DNA of 63,439 nt, from positions 1 through 63,439 of the forward strand of contig CAZYCX010000003.1 of the NCBI GenBank assembly GCA_964645875.1, read 5' to 3'. The notes under the pieces were generated by a model. It was not told where the DNA came from, did no database searches, and saw only the letters and a program-made list of their open reading frames with translations. This document shows, in pieces, positions 57,747 to 63,439 of the stretch. Position numbers and translations under genes: made by a program. Numbering within the stretch: position 1 is the stretch's first letter; the number at the start of each line of letters is the position of its first letter. Source of the DNA: an uncultured Acidimicrobiaceae bacterium. GTDB lineage: Bacteria; Actinomycetota; Acidimicrobiia; Spongiisociales; ZC4RG35.

Positions 57747-58292
57747 TTGAAGGGGAGCCGTGGCACGCCACGCTGGGTCAGCTGGATCCGCCGCTTCAAC
57801 AGGTTCACCCATTACGTGTCGGGGTTGGCTCTGGTGGCGATCCTGGCCATGACGATCGTCGACATCGTCGGGCGGAATTTCTTCCGACAGCCTTTCCGGG
57901 GCACCGTCGAGCTGACCAGCATGATCCTGGTGGTGGTGGTGTTCATGGCCGTGGCCCGCTCCGAGGACATGGGCGACCACATCACCATCGACCTCATCTA
58001 CGAGCGGGTGGGTAAGGGCTCCAAGGCCTTTCTCGACATCTTCTCCGATCTGTTCACCGCAGTGGTGATGGCGTTGGTGTCCTACCGCCTCTACCAGTTC
58101 GTCCTCCGCAACCAGGCTTCGGGTGCGGAGACTCCGGTCCTCAACTTCCCCTTGTGGCCGTTCGTGGCGGTGGCGGCGGTCGGCGCCGCCTTGTACGTGG
58201 TCTCGACGGTGATGCGGGTGGTGCTGCGGTTGACGGGTGAGCCGGTCAACGCCGTCGATCCTCATGCGCCGGATGCGGGAGTGGAGGTTTGA
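57747..58292 (+). CDS. dctQ: TRAP transporter small permease (DctQ type)
   Basis: Four hydrophobic segments with the VDIVGRNFF motif. The start is uncertain. Confidence 0.8.
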   Translation: MKGSRGTPRWVSWIRRFNRFTHYVSGLALVAILAMTIVDIVGRNFFRQPFRGTVELTSMILVVVVFMAVARSEDMGDHITIDLIYERVGKGSKAFLDIFSDLFTAVVMALVSYRLYQFVLRNQASGAETPVLNFPLWPFVAVAAVGAALYVVSTVMRVVLRLTGEPVNAVDPHAPDAGVEV

Positions 58293-59590
58293 GCCCCGAA
58301 GTCGTCGGCATGCTGGGGATGCTCGCCCTGGTGGTCCTGTTGTTCATGCGGGTTCCGGTGGCGATCGCGATGATCGGTGTCGGACTGGTCGGGTTCGGGG
58401 TGATCATCAACTGGAACGCCGCCCTGGCGCGGCTCGGGTCGGACACCTTCTTCGCCGCCTCGCTCTACAGCCTCTCAGTGATCCCCCTGTTCGTCTTCAT
58501 GGGGCTGGTACTCGCCGCCTCGGCGTTGGGTGAGGACGTCTACAAGGCCATCGACGCCTTTCTGTGGCGTCTCCGCGGCGGCCTCGGAGTCGCCACCATC
58601 GGCGCTTCTGCCCTGTTCGGGGCCGTGAGCGGCTCGGCGGTCGCCTCCGCAACCACCATGTCGGTGGTGGCGGTGCCCGAGATGCAGCGGTTCGACTACG
58701 ACGACGGGTTCGCCGCCGGCACCGCCGCCGTCGGGGGAACCCTCGGGATCCTCATCCCCCCCTCGGCGATCCTGGTCCTCTACGGGGTGCTGACCGAAGA
58801 GCCCATCGGTCAGGTCCTCATCGGAGGCATCATTCCCGGGATCCTCACCACCGCCCTGTTGATGATCACCGCCTACCTGGTGGTCCGGGCCCGGCCCCAC
58901 TACGCCCCCCGACCCGCCGAGGCCCCCGACCTCAGCAAGTGGAAGGCGATCCGTCTGATATGGGCGGTGCCGGTGATATTCGGGATCAGCATGGGCGGCA
59001 TCTACTTCGGCTTGTTCACCCCCACCGAAGCCGGCGCCGCCGGCGCCTTTCTCTCCATCGCCTACGGCGTGATCACCAGACGCATGACATGGAGCGGGTT
59101 CATGGGAGCACTGAGCCGGACCATCCGCACCACCGCCTTCATCTTCATGCTCGTCATCGGCGGACAGATCTTCGGGTTCTTCCTGTCGGCATCCCGCATC
59201 CCCATCGAGCTCGGGCAATGGATCGAACAGCTCGACATCGCCGCCTGGATCATCATCACCCTCATCTTCGTCGTCTACTTCATCCTCGGAGCCCTCATGG
59301 ACGAGATCGCCATCCTCGTCATCATGACCCCCATCATGTACCCGGTGATCATCGGTCTCGAGTACTCCGGGGTGTGGTTCGGTGTGCTCACCATCATGAT
59401 GCTCCTCACCGGGCTCCTCCAGCCACCGGTCGGCCTCCTCTGCTTCGTGGTGTCCGGGGTCACCAAGATCCCCCTCCAGGACGTCTTCCGTGGCATCTTC
59501 CCGTTCGTGGGGGCGCTGGCCGTGGCCATCATGCTGGTCATCTTCTTCCCCGACCTGGTCACCTGGCTCCCCGACCTGATGACCAGATAG
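58289..59590 (+). CDS. dctM: TRAP transporter large permease (DctM type)
   Basis: 433 aa polytopic. GSGSAVASATTM and PPSAILVLYG motifs. TTGA overlap with dctQ (TTG start 58289, TGA stop 58290-58292). Confidence 0.9.
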   Translation: MSPEVVGMLGMLALVVLLFMRVPVAIAMIGVGLVGFGVIINWNAALARLGSDTFFAASLYSLSVIPLFVFMGLVLAASALGEDVYKAIDAFLWRLRGGLGVATIGASALFGAVSGSAVASATTMSVVAVPEMQRFDYDDGFAAGTAAVGGTLGILIPPSAILVLYGVLTEEPIGQVLIGGIIPGILTTALLMITAYLVVRARPHYAPRPAEAPDLSKWKAIRLIWAVPVIFGISMGGIYFGLFTPTEAGAAGAFLSIAYGVITRRMTWSGFMGALSRTIRTTAFIFMLVIGGQIFGFFLSASRIPIELGQWIEQLDIAAWIIITLIFVVYFILGALMDEIAILVIMTPIMYPVIIGLEYSGVWFGVLTIMMLLTGLLQPPVGLLCFVVSGVTKIPLQDVFRGIFPFVGALAVAIMLVIFFPDLVTWLPDLMTR

Positions 59591-59653
59591 CCCCCTTCGT
59601 TTTCGCGACAGGCCCCAAACGCGCCACTCGATGCGCGAAAAACGGTTGGTGGG

Positions 59654-61036
59654 CTAGGGGAGTGCGCCCGTTCGGTAGACCTCCCGGGCGACCTTGGCGT
59701 ACGGAACGGGGCTGACGATCGCCCTGATCTCCATCTGCACGTGTGGCTCCACGGTCGGTTTGGACGTTCCCCCCTCCGGCTCGCCCCAGATCAGAGTGAC
59801 CTCCCTCCCCGGCACGGCGTGCTCCTTGTCGAGGACGGCCAGGGTCAGCATCTTGGCTTCGTTCGAGCTGTAGCCGATCCACGTCGAGATCCCCATGGTG
59901 TCACCGTCGAGGGTCACCTCGTCATAGGGGTGCATCGAGTAGACAGCCGACGGGAACTCGATGAACTTGCCCCGCCGCTCCGGCTCGTCCAACTGTGAGC
60001 CGATCACTGCCAACACGTCGTCGTCTTCCAGGGCGAGAGTCACCTTCTCCCGGGGCGGATCGGCGGCCATCTCCCGGAGGGCCTCTTTGCCTATGTAGTC
60101 GTGGTCGAAGCGCACGAAGTGCCCGTATCCGAGGTCCCAGGGGGTGAAGTAGTAGTCCTCGATGTCCTCGGACACGAAGCTTCCGCCCAGCGAAGCCTTC
60201 GCTTCGTACGAATTCGCCGGCAGCCACTCACGGTATGCCTTCATCTCGGGGCTGGTGTAGATGGCGGGGAGGGGAGAGGGGATCCATCCCGACTCCAGGG
60301 TGTTGGAGGAGTAGGCCCTGGCCCCGACCCGCCGGATGCCGAACTCCTCGCCGGCTCCGACGATGGCCTCTACCACGGGCTCTTTGTCGTCCCATGGCCC
60401 GAACAGCTCGAAGCCGGGTTGGCCCGCCATGCCGTGCCTGAGGGCGCGCACCTGCCGACCCGCTATCTCCAACGTGGTCATGTTGAAGAAGCGCACCTCG
60501 GGTGGGGGGCCACCGAGCACCTTCTCCATCGTGGCCATGGCATTGGGCCCCTGGATCTGGACCCGGTAGGACCGCCGACGGGATGGGTCGTCGCGCATGA
60601 CGGTGCGCTCGTCGATCTCCCACTCCACGTCGAAGCCCCCGGTCTCGGCCTGGTACACGACCCAGTTGATCGATGGGATCCGACCCACCAACTCGTAGAC
60701 CTGGTCCTCGAGGTGGAAGAGGATGACATCTCCGATGACGTGGCCCTTGGGGGTGCAGGGGGCCAGTTGCTTGGCCTTGTCGACGTCGAAGCCTTCGAAC
60801 GAGTTGAAGCCGACCAGTTTCAGGACGTCGAGGGCTCCCGGGCCTTCGAGACGCAGATCGACCATGTGATAGGAGAGGTCGAACAGGATGCAGGTGTTCT
60901 GCCACGCCCACTGCTCGTCCCGCCAGTTGGTGAACTCGCCCGTGACCGGATAGACGTTGGGCCCCGTCTGCATGTTGCGCAGCATGTCGACCACGCTGTC
61001 GGTGCCCTCGATCAACTCCTGGAGATTGCTCGCCAC
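59654..61036 (-). CDS. GcvT/aminomethyltransferase-family tetrahydrofolate-dependent demethylase (LigM/DesA-like), paralogue 2
   Basis: 460 aa, colinear with 53525-54928 (FTNWRDEQWAWQNTCILFDLSYHM, RHGMAGQPGFELFGP, YTSPEMKAYREWLP). Confidence 0.8.
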   Translation of the reverse strand: MASNLQELIEGTDSVVDMLRNMQTGPNVYPVTGEFTNWRDEQWAWQNTCILFDLSYHMVDLRLEGPGALDVLKLVGFNSFEGFDVDKAKQLAPCTPKGHVIGDVILFHLEDQVYELVGRIPSINWVVYQAETGGFDVEWEIDERTVMRDDPSRRRSYRVQIQGPNAMATMEKVLGGPPPEVRFFNMTTLEIAGRQVRALRHGMAGQPGFELFGPWDDKEPVVEAIVGAGEEFGIRRVGARAYSSNTLESGWIPSPLPAIYTSPEMKAYREWLPANSYEAKASLGGSFVSEDIEDYYFTPWDLGYGHFVRFDHDYIGKEALREMAADPPREKVTLALEDDDVLAVIGSQLDEPERRGKFIEFPSAVYSMHPYDEVTLDGDTMGISTWIGYSSNEAKMLTLAVLDKEHAVPGREVTLIWGEPEGGTSKPTVEPHVQMEIRAIVSPVPYAKVAREVYRTGALP

Positions 61037-61088
61037 ACGAAAGTCCTTTCGCTGGGGCTTTCGACTCTATCGAGCCGTCGACAGGGAT

Positions 61089-62309
61089 TCAGTCCCCGGA
61101 GGGCGACCAGGCCACCCAGCTTCCATCGGCGACCTTCGTCGGGGCGTTGGCCTCGAGCCGTTGGACCCAGATGCCGTCATCGCCGTCGACGGTGCCGGCG
61201 AAGGCGAACGAGGCGGAGTCGGGAGACCAGAAACTAACCGACTGGGCGTATTGGGGAAAGAACGGGAAAGTGTCCTGCAGCATCGACCTGCTGGGCCGGT
61301 AGGAGGGATAAGCCCGACTTCCGTCGCCGGGCCCCCACACCGTCGGGACGACTTCGCTCTCCGACAATGTGAGCACGAGCAGAGCGTCTCCGTCGGGGCT
61401 CCAGAAGAAACCGAGGGCGAGGGAGTCGTCCACGATCTCGACCTGCCCGGTGTCGACCTCGACCACCACGACGGACTCACCGTCCACGGTGGGGAAGTCC
61501 TCGGTGGACGCCGTCAGGTTCGAGCCACCGGTGGTCTGGAGGGCCACCCGAGTGCCCTGGGGGTTGGAGACGAACATGGTGAGCCCGGAGACATCGGCCA
61601 CAGGAGAGCGCTCTCCCCGGTCGTTCTCCAGCGTCAAGAGGTTGCCGACGACGTGGAAGACACCGCTGGGTGTCCAATGCGGAGCCAGGTAGGTGCCCGA
61701 CGTCGGGTCGAGATCCTCACGCTCTCCGCTCGGTGTGATGGTCTGGGTCCGGCTCACCCCGGCGTGTGTCACCACACGGTCGCCGTCGGGGCTCCACGAG
61801 AAGTAGAACGGGGCGTCTTCGTCCAATAGCTGCGCTGTCTCGGATTCGACGTCGACGATTTGAAACTGCACCCCCGAGTCGCCGTTGTGCAGAGCTCCCA
61901 GGTATCGGCCGTTGGGCGACCAGAAGGTGTAGAAGGGGAGGTTGGGCGTAGTCAGGGTCTTGGTCGCGCCGTCTTCGGGACGGCCTATCCCGATCCCGAA
62001 CCCCGTTCCCGTCCGCTGTCCCCAAGCCAGACGCTCCCCGTCGGGGGACCAGACCGGCTGCATGTAGAGCGCCGGGTCGGCGCCCCGGTCGGTGATGGCT
62101 ACTCGACTCGAGCCATCGGGCTCCATGACCACGATGTCCCCGGAGTCGTCCACGATGGCGAGACGCCCCGGGTCCGAGGGGGTCTCGACGGACAACGTCG
62201 TGGTCGTTGGGTCGGGCCGAGCAGTGGTCGTCGTCTCGTCGCCGGCGGAAGAGGTGCAGGAGACGATCACGACCAGGAGCGCAAGGAGCGATAACGCGCT
62301 TCGACCCAT
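61089..62309 (-). CDS. TolB-like / PD40 beta-propeller repeat lipoprotein
   Basis: Lipobox VIVSCTSS, Thr-rich linker, repeated W/F-SPDG motifs (WSPDGERLAW, FWSPNGRY, FSWSPDGDR, FWSPDGDAL, FWSPDSAS, AWSPSGD). Confidence 0.85.
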   Translation of the reverse strand: MGRSALSLLALLVVIVSCTSSAGDETTTTARPDPTTTTLSVETPSDPGRLAIVDDSGDIVVMEPDGSSRVAITDRGADPALYMQPVWSPDGERLAWGQRTGTGFGIGIGRPEDGATKTLTTPNLPFYTFWSPNGRYLGALHNGDSGVQFQIVDVESETAQLLDEDAPFYFSWSPDGDRVVTHAGVSRTQTITPSGEREDLDPTSGTYLAPHWTPSGVFHVVGNLLTLENDRGERSPVADVSGLTMFVSNPQGTRVALQTTGGSNLTASTEDFPTVDGESVVVVEVDTGQVEIVDDSLALGFFWSPDGDALLVLTLSESEVVPTVWGPGDGSRAYPSYRPSRSMLQDTFPFFPQYAQSVSFWSPDSASFAFAGTVDGDDGIWVQRLEANAPTKVADGSWVAWSPSGD

Positions 62310-62335
62310 GGGCCGAGCCTATAGCCGGGCCCCGG

Positions 62336-63439
62336 TTAGGGGAGCGAGTCGGTCAGCGCCCGTCTCGCGCCTTCCCAGGCAGGATGGGAGCGATCGGCGA
62401 CGATGCGCCGGCCACCGACGAAGACGTCGCTGACGTCGGCCGATGTCGCGGCGAAGACGATGGAGTCGAGGGCGGTGTCGTCGCTGATTCCGGACAGACG
62501 GGGCGAGTCGGGGTCGATCACCACGAAGTCGGCGGGGCCGCCGACCTGGAGGCCGCCCCCTGGGAAGCCCAGAGAGGTGGCCCCGTTGCCGCTGGCGGCA
62601 GATGCCAGTGTCTCGGGAGAGAAGTGACCGCGGTGCCCGGTGGCCAGTCGGGCGTGCAGTTCGATGGCCCGGCCCTCCTCGAAGATGTCGATCACCGCGT
62701 GCGAGTCGGAGCCGACGCACAGCCTGGCCCCGGCCCGATGTAGCTCGTGGGCGGGGCCGATGCCGTCGGCGAGGTCGCGCTCGGTCGTGGCGCAATAGCA
62801 GACCGATGCCTCCGCCCGGCCGATGGCGGTGATGTCTGCCTCTTCGAGATGGGTGGCGTGCACCAGTGTGGTGTCCGACCCCAGCAACCCGGCACGGTTG
62901 AGCAGCCCGGTCGGCGTGAGCCCGGTGGCGGCGAGACAATCACGGTTCTCGGTGGGTTGCTCCGAGACGTGGACATGTAGGGGCATTCCGTCCACGCGTT
63001 GGTCTGCGGCCAAGGCCAATGCGGGTTCGGGCACCGCTCGCACCGAGTGGGGGGCGAGACCGATCACGACGTCGAGTTCGTCCCGGTAGGTGTCCAGGAG
63101 GCCGTCGACGCGGTCGAGCCAGGCTTCGGCCGAGGCGTCTTTGAACCGGGTCTGGACCGGGTCGAGGTTCGCATCGCCGAAGCCGGCTGTGAAGTAGCCG
63201 GCGTCGAGGAGGGCGAGGCGAATGCCTGCGGCCCGGGCGGCGCGGATCAGGGCGTGGCCCATCTCGTTGGCGTCGTGATAGGGGATACCGCCGGCCTGGT
63301 GGTGCAGATAGTGGAACTCGCCGACGGTGGTCACTCCGGCCATCGCCATCTCGACGTACACCGCGGTGGCCAACGCCTCGTAAGTGTCGGGAGTGAGCGT
63401 GGCGGCGATCTCGTACATCCGCTCCCGCCACAGCCAGAA
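62336..63439 (-). CDS. Amidohydrolase-superfamily deiminase (formimidoylglutamate deiminase HutF-like), 5-prime partial at the window edge
   Basis: The frame stays open to the window end (FWLWRERMYEIA...). EFHYLHH, HVHVSEQ, LVHATH and VGSDSH metal-ligand motifs. Confidence 0.7.
   Translation of the reverse strand, partial: FWLWRERMYEIAATLTPDTYEALATAVYVEMAMAGVTTVGEFHYLHHQAGGIPYHDANEMGHALIRAARAAGIRLALLDAGYFTAGFGDANLDPVQTRFKDASAEAWLDRVDGLLDTYRDELDVVIGLAPHSVRAVPEPALALAADQRVDGMPLHVHVSEQPTENRDCLAATGLTPTGLLNRAGLLGSDTTLVHATHLEEADITAIGRAEASVCYCATTERDLADGIGPAHELHRAGARLCVGSDSHAVIDIFEEGRAIELHARLATGHRGHFSPETLASAASGNGATSLGFPGGGLQVGGPADFVVIDPDSPRLSGISDDTALDSIVFAATSADVSDVFVGGRRIVADRSHPAWEGARRALTDSLP

Noticed and set aside
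56223-58265. 680-aa ORF on the minus strand
   Set aside because: It is antisense to dctP and dctQ and shows shadow-ORF composition (His/Arg/Gly/Asp runs). The same reasoning applies to 43211..44302, 10529..11386, 40411..41076, 47026..48300, 52641..53909 and similar listed ORFs.

Overview
High-GC (roughly two-thirds G+C by eye, not computed), gene-dense chromosomal segment. Gene content looks actinobacterial: large NAD-GDH, PruA, RsrA-like ZAS anti-sigma, DUF1697, DUF5667 and a PPOX/F420-class protein. The taxon is inference only. About 55 protein genes can be supported. I found no rRNA, no intact tRNA, no CRISPR array and no transposase or integrase. Start codons were refined by eye from RBS and overlap logic and are approximate.

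Main blocks, left to right:
- Decayed left edge: tRNA-like 3-prime fragment, tandem 11-mer, truncated RsbW-like and LuxR relics.
- Glutamate/proline catabolism (gdh, pruA) and an orphan NuoF-like gene.
- A class III cyclase-STAND-TPR protein.
- An Fe(III)-type ABC importer.
- An HD-GYP x2-LuxR regulator.
- A complete seven-gene mrpABCDEFG antiporter operon.
- The haem cluster hemF + hemACDBLEY.
- A second ECF sigma/anti-sigma pair.
- modABC.
- A fused FAD-monooxygenase/OYE protein.
- A TRAP-transporter locus.

Most interesting observations:
1. A tightly coupled four-gene operon at 30624-33048, minus strand. An ECF sigma and an RsrA-like zinc anti-sigma are sandwiched between two diverged ArsM-fold methyltransferases. 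Each methyltransferase carries an in-frame TGA exactly where canonical ArsM has its third conserved Cys (W-x-G-C-[ILV]-A-G-A-L). Each TGA is followed by a hairpin at SECIS-like spacing and by about 60-70 more codons of good coding sequence. I read these as candidate selenocysteine enzymes under redox-sensing sigma control.
2. A SAM-I riboswitch at about 55021-55123 controls an unrecognised methyltransferase-fold protein. It sits beside a TRAP transporter, and the locus is flanked by two GcvT/LigM-family tetrahydrofolate-dependent demethylase paralogues. This may be a SAM-gated methyl-harvesting locus.
3. A roughly 50-nt intergenic repeat with 10-bp terminal inverted repeats occurs at 10477-10527 and as a tandem pair at 53426-53522.
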